Shown piece by piece: positions 29,000 to 38,790 of a stretch of 64,000 nt of DNA (its first letter is position 1; every line of letters begins with the position of its first letter). Position numbers and translations under genes: made by a program. The notes under the pieces are model-generated. The model saw only the letters and a list, made by a program, of their open reading frames with translations, was not told the origin of the DNA and ran no database searches. The stretch spans positions 40,214 through 104,213 of the forward strand of contig JAPLUW010000002.1 in the NCBI GenBank assembly GCA_026397405.1, written 5' to 3'. The DNA is from Candidatus Adlerbacteria bacterium. GTDB taxonomy: Bacteria; Patescibacteriota; Minisyncoccia; Phycocordibacterales; SBAW01.

Positions 29000-29341
29000 T
29001 TACTTTTCGATTGTCAGCATTTTGATGCGTTTTGCCTGGAGGCGGTTCTTTGGCAACATGCCAAGCACTGCGCGGCGGATAGCATCTTTCTCGCCTAGGC
29101 GCGCGGTGAGCATACCATAGGTTTCGGTCTTTTGCCCGCCTGGGTAGCCAGAGTAGCGTACATAGGTCTTGTCTTTTGCTTTAACGCCTGAAAGTTTTAT
29201 TTTCGATGCGTTTATGATGGTGACACCTTCCTGGTCGACAAGGTTTTTTGCAAATGACGCAGAGTGCTTGCCGAGCAGCGCTTTTGCCGCAGCAGAAGCT
29301 ACGCGTCCCAACATTTTGTCTTTTGCATCAATAGTTATCAT
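29000..29341 (-). CDS. rplM: 50S ribosomal protein L13 (short form)
   Basis: IDAKDKMLGRVAS, YSGYPGG, AVLGMLPKN. Confidence 0.93.
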   Translation of the reverse strand: MITIDAKDKMLGRVASAAAKALLGKHSASFAKNLVDQEGVTIINASKIKLSGVKAKDKTYVRYSGYPGGQKTETYGMLTARLGEKDAIRRAVLGMLPKNRLQAKRIKMLTIEK

Positions 29342-29351
29342 AAAAGTTTTA

Positions 29352-29699
29352 TTATACGAACTCGATTACTGCCATCGCAGCGCCGTCGCCTTTGCGCGGG
29401 CCCATCTTAGTGATGCGTAGGTAGCCACCCTTGCGTTCGGTGTAGGTAGCTGCAGTTTTGATCAATTTACTTGTAACGCGCGCATCGCCCAACTGTGCGA
29501 TAAGCAAGCGGCGGTTGTTAAGCGTCACTGTCTTTGCACGGGTGACGAGCTTTTCAACAAGCGGGCGGATTTCTTTTGCCTTTGCCTCGGTTGTAGTTAT
29601 CTTGCTTTTGATAACCAAGGAACGTGCAAGAGACTTCAAAAGCGCTGCGCGCTGGTTTGTTTCTCGGCCAAATTTTCTGTTGTGATTTCCGTGTCTCAT
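29352..29699 (-). CDS. rplQ: 50S ribosomal protein L17
   Basis: MRHGNHNRKFGR, ITTTEAKAKE, GGYLRI, RKGDGA. Confidence 0.97.
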   Translation of the reverse strand: MRHGNHNRKFGRETNQRAALLKSLARSLVIKSKITTTEAKAKEIRPLVEKLVTRAKTVTLNNRRLLIAQLGDARVTSKLIKTAATYTERKGGYLRITKMGPRKGDGAAMAVIEFV

Positions 29700-29723
29700 A
29701 AATGTAGGTGTATCTGTAGCGAA

Positions 29724-30692
29724 CTACTTAAGGATGATGCCGAAGTTTGCAAGTGCGCGTTTAACTTCCTGAATTGACTTGGGTCCCAAGCCTTCAACTT
29801 CGAGCAGGTCGCTTTCTTTCTTGCGAGCAAGACCTCCAACGGTGCGGATGTTTGCTTTTTCGAGGGCAGAAATGGTGCGTGCTGAAAAGTCCAAGTCTTC
29901 AATACGGGTCTTCAAGGCTTCTGCAGAGCTGTCTGCATTTGCAGCAGACGCATCAGTGGTGCTTGCAGGAACAGCCGCTTGTGAGCCTGGGAGTTCTTCC
30001 TCACGGAAGCCAACAATAGCCTTAAGCTGGGTTATCATAACCTCAATTGCCTGTTCAAGCGAGGCACGTGGGGTAATGGTGCCGTCGGTCTCAATAGAGA
30101 TGCGGAGGCGGTTATAGTCGGTGCGGTCACCAACACGCATGTTTTCTACTTCGTAGTTTACGCGGCGGATAGGTGAAAATATTGCATCGACAGAAATTTC
30201 ACCGATTTCAACACGGTCTTTTTTAAGCGCTTCGCGCGGTACGTAGCCAAGGCCGCGCTCAATGCGGAACTCTGCTTCAAAGTTTGCATTTTTGTCGGTC
30301 AACTCACAGATGTATGAGTTTGGGTTGAGGAGGCGGACCTGGCCAGGCACGGTCAATTCGGCACCAGAGACTTTCTTTGGGCCAGTAGCTTTGATAGTGA
30401 CAGTCTGCGCTTCCGAAGTGAGCATTTCGAAACGGAGCTTCTTCAAGTTCAAAAGGATAGTAACAACGTCTTCGCGGACGCTGTCCATGGTCGAAAATTC
30501 GTGCTCAACACCTTCGATTTTAACAGAGGTAATTGCGGCGCCTGGGAGGGATGAAAGTATGATGCGGCGCAAGCTGTTGCCCAAGGTATGACCGTAGCCC
30601 GGATAGAGGCCGTCTATCTCGTAGGTGCCCGAGTGCTCCTCTTCGGCAGTGACGCGGGGCTTGCTTGGCAATGTGATTGAATATTCCATCAT
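29724..30692 (-). CDS. rpoA: RNA polymerase alpha subunit
   Basis: GYGHTLGNSLRRIILSS, HEFST, DAIFSPI, alpha-CTD LGPKS. Confidence 0.97.
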   Translation of the reverse strand: MMEYSITLPSKPRVTAEEEHSGTYEIDGLYPGYGHTLGNSLRRIILSSLPGAAITSVKIEGVEHEFSTMDSVREDVVTILLNLKKLRFEMLTSEAQTVTIKATGPKKVSGAELTVPGQVRLLNPNSYICELTDKNANFEAEFRIERGLGYVPREALKKDRVEIGEISVDAIFSPIRRVNYEVENMRVGDRTDYNRLRISIETDGTITPRASLEQAIEVMITQLKAIVGFREEELPGSQAAVPASTTDASAANADSSAEALKTRIEDLDFSARTISALEKANIRTVGGLARKKESDLLEVEGLGPKSIQEVKRALANFGIILK

Positions 30693-30732
30693 ACGCAAAT
30701 ACAAAATTACTTATTAATTCTTAACAACATTA

Positions 30733-31344
30733 TTAACGGCTGTAGAACTGGATGATAACCGCGGCGTTAAATGGAAGTTCCGTTTCAGAAAGGCTAGGGA
30801 AGGCGGAAATTTTGAGCGACAGACCTCCCTCTTCCATCTGCATCCAGTGAGGAGTCTTAATGTCGGCAAGCTGCTCTGCGCGGCCCAAAAACAATGGTGA
30901 TGTGCGGGACTCTTGGCGTACTGACACAACGTCTCCAACTGACACACAGTAGGAAGGGATTGTCATACGGCGGCCGTTAACCACAACATGGCCGTGGCTT
31001 ACAAGCTGGCGTGCTGCACGGCGGGTTTTAACCAAGCCTGCGCGGTAGATAACGTTGTCCAGGCGGCTTTCCAAACGTACGAGCAAAGCCGAAGAGCTTT
31101 CCTTGCCCTTTTTTTCCATAGCTTCGTGCACGTAACGTGAAAACTGGCTTTCAGTAAGGCCGTACGTAAAACGAGCTTTTTGTTTTTCCAAAAGTTGCGC
31201 ACCGAAGTCGCTATTGCCGCCACGCTTTGGGCGAGAACGACGTGGAGCGCGTGCTTCCGCAAGCTGGAACTTTTGCGTTTGGCATTTTTCAAATACCGAA
31301 GCGCCCAAGCGTTTGCAGATTTTGTATTTTGGTCCAACTAACAT
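30733..31344 (-). CDS. rpsD: 30S ribosomal protein S4
   Basis: LLEKQK, LESRLDNVIYR, ARQLVSHGH, IQFYSR. Confidence 0.97.
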   Translation of the reverse strand: MLVGPKYKICKRLGASVFEKCQTQKFQLAEARAPRRSRPKRGGNSDFGAQLLEKQKARFTYGLTESQFSRYVHEAMEKKGKESSSALLVRLESRLDNVIYRAGLVKTRRAARQLVSHGHVVVNGRRMTIPSYCVSVGDVVSVRQESRTSPLFLGRAEQLADIKTPHWMQMEEGGLSLKISAFPSLSETELPFNAAVIIQFYSR

Positions 31345-31369
31345 ATAGAATAATTAAAAAATGTGATGT

Positions 31370-31798
31370 TTATACGCGGCGAGGTTTTGGTGGCTTCGGA
31401 CCGTTGTGGGGCACAGGGGTTGTGTCTTTGATACCACTAATGTGGATACCCTTGCTTGCGAACGCGCGTATAGCCGACTCGCGGCCAGCACCAACGCCCG
31501 ACACAACTACTGACACTTCCTTAAGACCCATACCAGCGCCTTTGTCGGCAAGCAATTCGCCTACCTTGGCTGCTGCAAAAGGGGTGCCTTTTTTAGCACC
31601 TGCAAAGCCAAGCGAGCCAGACGACGACCACGCAACAACATTACCCTTAGGATCTGTAATAGACACCTTAGTGTTGTTGTAGGTAGCTTCAACATACAGC
31701 ATACCTGCATCGAGTTTGCGGCGTGACGCGCGTGCTGAAGAGCCGCGGCCCCCTGCCCCCTCGTCGCCTCCTTTTTTGACTATACGTTTCTTACCCAT
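31370..31798 (-). CDS. rpsK: 30S ribosomal protein S11
   Basis: TYNNT, KKGTPFAA, GRESAIR, DTTPVPHNG. Confidence 0.97.
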   Translation of the reverse strand: MGKKRIVKKGGDEGAGGRGSSARASRRKLDAGMLYVEATYNNTKVSITDPKGNVVAWSSSGSLGFAGAKKGTPFAAAKVGELLADKGAGMGLKEVSVVVSGVGAGRESAIRAFASKGIHISGIKDTTPVPHNGPKPPKPRRV

Positions 31799-31828
31799 AG
31801 GAATGTCTTAGTGGTTATACAATATATT

Positions 31829-32206
31829 TTACGTTTTTTCAACCTTGCGACGACCGCTACCCATGGTCTTGCGAACGTTGCCGCGGATAGTGCGTGAGTT
31901 GGTCTTGGTGCGCTGGCCCCGTGCTGGGAGGCGCTTGCTGTGGCGTGTGCCACGGTACGCACCGATGTCTTTCAAGCGTTTGATGTTTCCCGCGACTTCG
32001 CGCTTCAAGTCACCTTCAAGTTTGTATGTTTCAACAATGCGGCGGATTTCGTTTTCTTCTTCGGCGGTCAAGTCGTCCGCTTTTTTCATCGGGTCGATCT
32101 TGGTTTGTTCGCAAATGTAGATAGCGCGTGCATTACCAATGCCATAGAGCGCAGTTAATGCAAATACAACGTGTTTGTTTGGAAGTGTAATACCTGAGAT
32201 ACGCAT
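31829..32206 (-). CDS. rpsM: 30S ribosomal protein S13
   Basis: MRISGITLP, LYGIG, YRGTRH, LPARGQRTKTNSRT. Confidence 0.96.
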   Translation of the reverse strand: MRISGITLPNKHVVFALTALYGIGNARAIYICEQTKIDPMKKADDLTAEEENEIRRIVETYKLEGDLKREVAGNIKRLKDIGAYRGTRHSKRLPARGQRTKTNSRTIRGNVRKTMGSGRRKVEKT

Positions 32207-32214
32207 ATATAAAT

Positions 32215-32328
32215 TTAGCCTTGGCGCTGCTTGTGGCGCGGGTTGCTGCAAATAACATAGACCCGCCCTTTCCGGCGGAGCATCTTGCAATTTGCACAAC
32301 GTACTTTAAGGGATGCTTTTACTTTCAT
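32215..32328 (-). CDS. rpmJ: 50S ribosomal protein L36 (zinc-ribbon type; below ORF-track cutoff)
   Basis: Manual translation [37 protein letters not shown]. Confidence 0.96.
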   Translation of the reverse strand: MKVKASLKVRCANCKMLRRKGRVYVICSNPRHKQRQG

Positions 32329-32341
32329 TTGGTTTCTGCTT

Positions 32342-32551
32342 TTACAGTCTGCGTGTGATGCGGCCTTTGCCTCCGTACGGGTCTAACTTTACCAGAACTT
32401 TGTCCCCTACCAGCACTTTAATGCGATGTAAGCGCATCTTGCCGGCGAGGTACGTTAATATCACTTCTCCACTTTCGAGAGATACCCGAAATAAGGTATT
32501 AGGTAGGGCTTCTTCTACGACACCCTGGACTTCTGGTATAGCATTCTCCAT
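32342..32551 (-). CDS. infA: Translation initiation factor IF-1
   Basis: [34 protein letters not shown]. Confidence 0.96.
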   Translation of the reverse strand: MENAIPEVQGVVEEALPNTLFRVSLESGEVILTYLAGKMRLHRIKVLVGDKVLVKLDPYGGKGRITRRL

Positions 32552-32570
32552 TACCTAAGCGACGCGGGTC

Positions 32571-32599
32571 ATAATAGCAGAACCTCCTTTTGTAGTCAA
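32571..32599 (-). promoter_or_regulatory. sigma70 promoter of the infA-rpsI operon
   Basis: TTGACT(32599-32594)-17 nt-TATTAT(32576-32571) with extended TG. Confidence 0.75.
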
Positions 32600-32616
32600 T
32601 ATTTCCTTGTGCATAG

Positions 32617-33897
32617 CTACTTTTTTATGCTAACAGACAGCTCTTTTTCGTCTGTCGGGAAGGTCGATTTCCAGAACGGACGGATGCTGGCTTCGGCTTT
32701 TACAATAGCAGGTGCAAAGGTTTCAACAATACCCTCGAAGTCTTTTTTGTTCTTGCCCAGCAAGGTTTGTATAAGTGCGTTCTGGTCAAACTGCCAGACA
32801 AGTACTGGGGAGCCTTCAAGCACCACGGTAAGTGCGCCTGTGTTTGTTTTTGGGCTGCTACTTGCCACTGCTAACGTGATAGTCTTTTCTGGATCAAATT
32901 GTACTGCTTCGCCTGCGTACCCTTCTACAAGCAACTTAGCTAGAGTTGTTGCCAAGTCGCTGCGGCTAACCATAACGGCAACGACGTTAGCAGTTTGTGA
33001 AAGTGAGACGTTCCGACCTTCGCCCGCAACTGCAGTGATTTCGCTGAAGGTTGTTGTAAGGGAATTTTGTACGCCTTCAAAACCACTTGGGACGGCAGCT
33101 GCAAGCGCGCCGGTAAGCGACGTGTCGAGCTGCTGTTTTAACAAATCCCCAGCTTTTTGCATGTCGGCTGCGGACACTGCTGGCTGTTCGCCAACAAATC
33201 CTCCACTTATAGCTCCATTCGACTGTGCCGAAAACTTGGTGTACCGAGGGTCGCCCTTAAACCCGGGTATGGTAAACGTTGTAGCGTCGGTGCGGTTATA
33301 TTCTGGCCCAGCAACGTCCGCGTATACAGTAGTAGTAACAGAACCTGGCGTAAGAGCTCCGCCAGCCACTTTAGTAGCCCCGGGCACTTTTATAGGGCTG
33401 TGTATTTTGTATATTTTGCCATCAGGTGCTTGGAAGCGAGTGTTTGTTACGAGCGCTTGGTCAGCCGTACTGTATGCGTTGTAGATAGTTACGACACCAC
33501 TTGCCTGCTTAGACACGTGCTGTGTGCCAGAGGCTACTGCAGTGGTTGTTGCCGTCTGCGAAAAGGAGACTGTTTGGTACCCCAGCGTGCCTGCCGGTGC
33601 ATTTGGTAATGCCAAGAAACTTGCAGGAGGGTTTATAACTTGAGTTTTTGGATAAATAACAACAGAGGCGCCTTGGAAAAAAGTTGAAAGTAGTAGCCCG
33701 GCTAGTACGCATATAGTAACAACTGCCAACCCCCACCACAAAAGTGTGCGCGAACGTTTTGACTTGTGACGTTTTGGGAGCGGTATATCTTCTTCAAACC
33801 GCTCGTCTGGCGGTGGTGGAGCTGTTCTGCGATGATGCCCGGCCGAGACAGAAACATTGCGTATAGAGCGTTCGTTTGGTGGGGTCATATCTTGCAT
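32617..33897 (-). CDS. Single-pass membrane protein with a large extracellular beta-rich domain (baseplate-J-like segment)
   Basis: Basic cytoplasmic N-terminus, one TM, ASGVVTIYN...LVTNTRF...VYADVAGPEYN...GGF pattern. Confidence 0.65.
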   Translation of the reverse strand: MQDMTPPNERSIRNVSVSAGHHRRTAPPPPDERFEEDIPLPKRHKSKRSRTLLWWGLAVVTICVLAGLLLSTFFQGASVVIYPKTQVINPPASFLALPNAPAGTLGYQTVSFSQTATTTAVASGTQHVSKQASGVVTIYNAYSTADQALVTNTRFQAPDGKIYKIHSPIKVPGATKVAGGALTPGSVTTTVYADVAGPEYNRTDATTFTIPGFKGDPRYTKFSAQSNGAISGGFVGEQPAVSAADMQKAGDLLKQQLDTSLTGALAAAVPSGFEGVQNSLTTTFSEITAVAGEGRNVSLSQTANVVAVMVSRSDLATTLAKLLVEGYAGEAVQFDPEKTITLAVASSSPKTNTGALTVVLEGSPVLVWQFDQNALIQTLLGKNKKDFEGIVETFAPAIVKAEASIRPFWKSTFPTDEKELSVSIKK

Positions 33898-33912
33898 GTT
33901 GTTAATTATATA

Positions 33913-34890
33913 CTAGTTCCTTTCGTCGATAAAAAGTGCCTCTAACATAAAAATAAGGTCGGGTTTTGACGCGTGCGCGGCCAAGTACGGCATTAAGTGG
34001 TGAGTGTGCAATGCACGGACAGTTGTACCTTCGGCAAAGAGGTCGGTAAGTGGCTCGTGCCCTGCAAGTGCCTGGGCTGCCCATTCCCCCACAGGTTCGG
34101 CTGCTATAACTAAAATACCGCGCACATCTTTATGCTGGTTCATGGCAAGGGTGACATCTTTAAAATGGCGCGCAAACTGGGTTGCTGCTGCGGACAAGGG
34201 TTCTTTTGCGGCGTGGTGCGAGCCCTGCCCCGCGTTTCGACTGAGAGAAAGTGCCGAATGTGCTTCGGCTGTGCTTAAGCCTCCATGCGACTGCAATGTG
34301 CGTATTAAAAACTGCTTCCCTGTGGGGATTGTTGCGCGGCCTTGTATGCGACCGTCTTGTAAAAAGGCGAGTTCAGTAATTTCCCCGGTGACGGTGCACA
34401 ACAACAAGCCGCTGCCGTCTTCAAATAATTTGTTTGTTGTGTGTGTTGCGGCAGAGCCCAAGGCATGGAATGTGACACGCAACAGCCCAAAAACATCCTC
34501 TACAGCAGTTTGAACCATGTCGGTTACGTCTGGTTCAAAATTCCAGCGCAGGCCTTTGGTGTGTGCAACGCTGTCGGCCCACGGTGGTGCTAAAAACACG
34601 ACCGCTTCGGTAACCACACCCATAGTTCCTAGCTGCGTGTGCCCGCGCATGCGTGCGGCAGTGGTGCTTGCATGCAACAGTGCTGCGCGGAGGTTTTTGT
34701 TTATTTCGCGCAGAAGAGCGTCAGTTTGCAGTGTTGTAAAAATAGGGAGCGCCGTACGGACTTCTGCAAAAAGTTTTGGTTGTTGCCCGGGAGACACCCG
34801 CACAAGCGCACACCCAACGGACGCATTTTCAATATCAACGACGAGTATCGTTTTTTCTTCCAATTTTTTTGTACCAAAGAGCCCCGCCAT
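33913..34890 (-). CDS. Degenerate FtsA/PilM-like actin-fold protein
   Basis: VVDIENASVG resembles the phosphate-1 motif; TVTGEITEL and GKQFLIRTL...EA resemble later ASKHA motifs. Confidence 0.55.
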   Translation of the reverse strand: MAGLFGTKKLEEKTILVVDIENASVGCALVRVSPGQQPKLFAEVRTALPIFTTLQTDALLREINKNLRAALLHASTTAARMRGHTQLGTMGVVTEAVVFLAPPWADSVAHTKGLRWNFEPDVTDMVQTAVEDVFGLLRVTFHALGSAATHTTNKLFEDGSGLLLCTVTGEITELAFLQDGRIQGRATIPTGKQFLIRTLQSHGGLSTAEAHSALSLSRNAGQGSHHAAKEPLSAAATQFARHFKDVTLAMNQHKDVRGILVIAAEPVGEWAAQALAGHEPLTDLFAEGTTVRALHTHHLMPYLAAHASKPDLIFMLEALFIDERN

Positions 34891-34914
34891 GCCCTTTAGT
34901 ATACACCGCAGTTT

Positions 34915-36795
34915 TTATTCAAGTACTGCTTTTATGCGGCGGACACCTTGTGCGACAGCCTCTTCTTTTTGGATTTTAAATACAGAGCCGGACTTCAACA
35001 GCTCGCCAGTATGTTCCACGTGTGGGCCGCCACAAAATTCGATTGAAAACGCACTGTCGAGCGGCCCGACAGAATAGACAGAGACACGTTCGGGATATTT
35101 TGCACCAAATTCGTGTTCTGCTCCGAGCTTGTCAGCTTCTTCGAGCGACATTTCAGTGCGGACAACAGGAATATCTTCCTGGATTTTTTCGTTTACGATG
35201 CGTTCCACTTCCCGCTTTTGCTCATCGGTCATCTTTCCTACGTAATTAAAGTCGATACGCAAACGCTCCTGCGTAATGTTGCTGCCACGCTGGTGCACTT
35301 CTGGCCCAAGCACCAACTGCAGTGCTTTAAGCAAAATATGGTGTGCAGTATGCAAACGAACGGTCTTTTCTGCAGTGTCGGCAAGCCCGCCCTTAAATTT
35401 TTGCTCGGAACCTGAACGCGAAAGGTCCTGATGCTGTTTAAGCAGTTCTTTAAACCCTTCAATATCTATTTGTTTAATCCCTTTCTCGCCTGCCTCTTCG
35501 ATAATAAGCTCCAGTGGGAAGCCGTACGTTGTGACAAGTTGGTATGCATCTTGTGCAGACAAATTTCCTTGCCCGATAAAACGTTCGAACTCTTTCATTC
35601 CGCGGCTCAAAGTGGTACGGAAGCGTTCCTCTTCGTCACCGATTACTTTTTCAATCTCTTCAGCCTTTGTGCCAATGTCTGGGTAGGCATCTTTATACAT
35701 GTCGACAACGGGGCGCACTATTTTTGCAAAACTTGCGACGTTAATACCAAGCTTGTCGGCTTGTCGGACACTCCGGCGGATAAGACGGCGCACAAAGTAG
35801 CCTTGGTCGGCATTGCTTGGCAGCACACCGTCGGCAATAAGAAAGACAGCAGCTTTCATATGGTCTGCAATAATACGGAAGCTCCGTTTGTCGCTCGCGT
35901 ATGTTTTTTTTGAAATTTCTTCCAAATACGAAAGTATCGTCGCATGCGCTACAGGAAATACATCCGAACTATTCATAACTGCGGCTGCAATACGCTCTAA
36001 CCCCGAGCCATGGTCAATGTTTGGGTGTTCAAGGGGGGTAAACGTACTCGCGTCTTCCTTGCGATACGCCATAAACACGTTGTTCCCTATTTCCATAAAG
36101 CGGCCGCAGTCGCAGTTTGGGTGGCAGTGTTCGCCAAACTTGGTGTCATGCTCGACATCGGTAAATTCGTAGAACATTTCCGAGTCTGGGCCACAAGGGT
36201 CGCCAACGGGAGTAGTTTCCGGGCCTGTTTTGCCGCGGTTCCACCAATTTTTTTTGCCTTCGTAGTAAAAAATGCGCTCGCCCGGCTTCATACCACGCTT
36301 GTAACCGTTCTCTTCGGTATCGATATCCGCTATCTGAGCCTCAATGCCTTTTTGAGTAAAAAGTTTTTGCCACAGCTCAGCAGCTTCGGTGTCTTTTGAA
36401 ATACCGTACTCCGGTGCGCCGATAAAGCAGGTTATGTAGAGATGGTTTGCATCGAGTCCAAGTTCGTTTACAAGAAACTCAAACATCCACGGAATCTGTT
36501 CTTGCTTAAAGTAGTCACCAAGCGACCAGTTGCCGAGCATTTCGAAAAAGGTGGTGTGCCGGTTGTCCCCCACCTCTTCAATGTCCATAGAACGGAAGCA
36601 TTTTTGTGAGTCGACAAGACGTGCTCCCGCAGGGTGATTTTTACCCAAAAGGTACGGCACCAAAGGCTGCATGCCGGAGCCGGTAAACAAGGTCGTCGGG
36701 TCGTTTTGGGGTACGAGACTAGACGACGGAATAACCACGTGTCCGTGGGCTTTAAAAAACTCCAAATATTTCTGCCGAACCTCGTGTAAGGTCAT
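34915..36795 (-). CDS. alaS: Alanyl-tRNA synthetase, short form without C-Ala domain
   Basis: DPTTLFTGSGMQP, HTTFFEMLGNWS, GLERI, editing HTAHH and CGGPH; 626 aa. Confidence 0.95.
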   Translation of the reverse strand: MTLHEVRQKYLEFFKAHGHVVIPSSSLVPQNDPTTLFTGSGMQPLVPYLLGKNHPAGARLVDSQKCFRSMDIEEVGDNRHTTFFEMLGNWSLGDYFKQEQIPWMFEFLVNELGLDANHLYITCFIGAPEYGISKDTEAAELWQKLFTQKGIEAQIADIDTEENGYKRGMKPGERIFYYEGKKNWWNRGKTGPETTPVGDPCGPDSEMFYEFTDVEHDTKFGEHCHPNCDCGRFMEIGNNVFMAYRKEDASTFTPLEHPNIDHGSGLERIAAAVMNSSDVFPVAHATILSYLEEISKKTYASDKRSFRIIADHMKAAVFLIADGVLPSNADQGYFVRRLIRRSVRQADKLGINVASFAKIVRPVVDMYKDAYPDIGTKAEEIEKVIGDEEERFRTTLSRGMKEFERFIGQGNLSAQDAYQLVTTYGFPLELIIEEAGEKGIKQIDIEGFKELLKQHQDLSRSGSEQKFKGGLADTAEKTVRLHTAHHILLKALQLVLGPEVHQRGSNITQERLRIDFNYVGKMTDEQKREVERIVNEKIQEDIPVVRTEMSLEEADKLGAEHEFGAKYPERVSVYSVGPLDSAFSIEFCGGPHVEHTGELLKSGSVFKIQKEEAVAQGVRRIKAVLE

Positions 36796-36843
36796 TTCAG
36801 TATCCTATCAATTTATAAGCATTTTGGGTATCATCAAACACAT

Positions 36844-38781
36844 ATGAAAAACTGGGGATTTGATGGAAAAAACATAGATATCAGCGTTCGCCCACAGGAC
36901 GATTTTTATCAATACGCGAACGGTGGTTGGATCAAGAAGACAAAGATCCCTCCAGAAGAGGCGTGGTGGGGCAGTTTTAACATGCTTCGATTTGATACCG
37001 AACATAAGCTTAAAAACCTTATGGACGCTTTGCTTAAAAAGAAATCCTACCCAAAAGGAAGCGCTGAACAGATGGTCTCTGATTATTATCGGGCGGCAAT
37101 TGATATGCCGGCCCGTAACAAGTTAGGAATTACTCCCCTTGCGCCGATGCGTGCAAAGATTGCACAAATTACTTCACAAGACACGTTGCTTCAAACGCTT
37201 GCATACCTGCACAAAGAGGGGGTGTCGGGTGTATGGAATTCCTTTGTTGATCAGGATTCTAAAAACAGTGCGAAATATATTTTGCACTTATGGCAAGGTG
37301 GTTTGGGGTTGCCTGAACGCGACTACTACTTAAAAGATGAGCCAGAGCAAAAGCGTGTACGAGATGCCTATGTTGTGCATATAGAAAAGTTGTTGAAGCT
37401 CGCAGGTTTCTCAAAGAATAGTATTGACCGCTCACAAGAGGTTGTGATGCGCATTGAAACACGGCTCGCGAAGGCCTCTATGAAAAAAGAAGACGCCCGT
37501 GACCCAGAAAAGCTCTATCACAAAGTACGTCTTACTCCATTTTGGAAAGAGTATTTTGCTCGCATAGGTGCAAAAGACGTTCAGAATGTGATTGTCGGTC
37601 AGCCTGAATTTTTTACAGAAGCTTTAGGGATGCTTAAAGAAGTGTCACTTGCCGATTGGAAGGTGTACCTCGAATGGCATCTTATCAACGACTTTGCTGG
37701 CAGTTTGTCGGAAGCTTTTGTAAAAGAGAACTTCCGTTTCTACTCGCAGGTTATGTACGGCACCAAAAAGATGAAACCGCTGTGGCGTCGCGCGCTCGGT
37801 TCAACTAATGGCGCATTGGGTGAACCCTTTGGCAAGCTTTATGTTGCTGAATATTTTCCTGCCGAGGCTAAGAAAAAGATGGACGCTCTGGTGAGCGACT
37901 TGTTTGATGTGTACGAGGAGCGGATGCAAGAGCTTGATTGGATGAGTCCTGCTACGAAGAAAAAAGCGACTAAAAAACTCCGCGCTATTAGCCGCAAAAT
38001 TGGATATCCAAACAAGTGGGATATGTATAAGGGCGTTGTAATTATGCCTGATGACTATTTCGGCAACATTGAACGAGTGCATGCTCATAGCTATAAAAAA
38101 ACTCTCGCAAAACTAAAGAAAAGTGTAGACCGCGACGAGTGGTTTATGTCACCACAAACAGTTAACGCGTATTGCAGTCAAACATTGAACGATATCGCCT
38201 TCCCTGCTGCCATTTTGCAATGGCCATTCTTTGACCTCTCTGCAGACGACGCGCTGAACTATGCAGGTATAGGTACTGTTATTGGCCACGAGATGACACA
38301 CGCCTTTGACGACAACGGCGCAAAGTTCGATATCAATGGGAATATGAAAAACTGGTGGACCCCCGCTGATAAGAAAAAATTTGAAGCAAAAGCAAAGCTT
38401 GTTGTGGGCCAAGCAAATGCACATGAAGTACAGCCTGGCGTAAACATGAGCGGGCAGCTTACGCTTGGTGAAAATATTGCCGACCTTGGAGGACTTGTTA
38501 TCGGTTGGGACGCGTATCAAAAACATCTAGATAAAACAGGGAGAAAGATTGTGGGAGGTTTGTCACCAGAGATGCGCTTCTTTTTGGCATTTGCCCAAAT
38601 GGAGAGGACTATCGCACGTCCAGAAATTCGTAAAATGCGTGCACTCACAGACCCGCACGGCGACGCCCCGTTCCGTATCAATGGGCCGCTTTCAAACTTC
38701 GAACCGTTCTATGAAGTCTATGGGGTTACGCAGGGTGACAAACTCTATCGCGAGCCCGCTAAACGCGCCAAGATTTGGTAA
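36844..38781 (+). CDS. M13 family metalloendopeptidase (PepO/neprilysin-like)
   Basis: PQDDFYQYANGGW, VNAY, HEMTH, GENIAD. Confidence 0.95.
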   Translation: MKNWGFDGKNIDISVRPQDDFYQYANGGWIKKTKIPPEEAWWGSFNMLRFDTEHKLKNLMDALLKKKSYPKGSAEQMVSDYYRAAIDMPARNKLGITPLAPMRAKIAQITSQDTLLQTLAYLHKEGVSGVWNSFVDQDSKNSAKYILHLWQGGLGLPERDYYLKDEPEQKRVRDAYVVHIEKLLKLAGFSKNSIDRSQEVVMRIETRLAKASMKKEDARDPEKLYHKVRLTPFWKEYFARIGAKDVQNVIVGQPEFFTEALGMLKEVSLADWKVYLEWHLINDFAGSLSEAFVKENFRFYSQVMYGTKKMKPLWRRALGSTNGALGEPFGKLYVAEYFPAEAKKKMDALVSDLFDVYEERMQELDWMSPATKKKATKKLRAISRKIGYPNKWDMYKGVVIMPDDYFGNIERVHAHSYKKTLAKLKKSVDRDEWFMSPQTVNAYCSQTLNDIAFPAAILQWPFFDLSADDALNYAGIGTVIGHEMTHAFDDNGAKFDINGNMKNWWTPADKKKFEAKAKLVVGQANAHEVQPGVNMSGQLTLGENIADLGGLVIGWDAYQKHLDKTGRKIVGGLSPEMRFFLAFAQMERTIARPEIRKMRALTDPHGDAPFRINGPLSNFEPFYEVYGVTQGDKLYREPAKRAKIW

Positions 38782-38790
38782 AGTAGCCGC

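Noticed and set aside
32577-32593. AAAGGAGGT upstream of infA as an SD
   Set aside because: Lies within the -35/-10 spacer, about 30 nt from the start and upstream of the predicted TSS
32609-33484. 291-aa plus-strand ORF and similar long antisense ORFs over scpA, leuS and atpA
   Set aside because: Fully antisense to better-supported genes; composition typical of shadow frames
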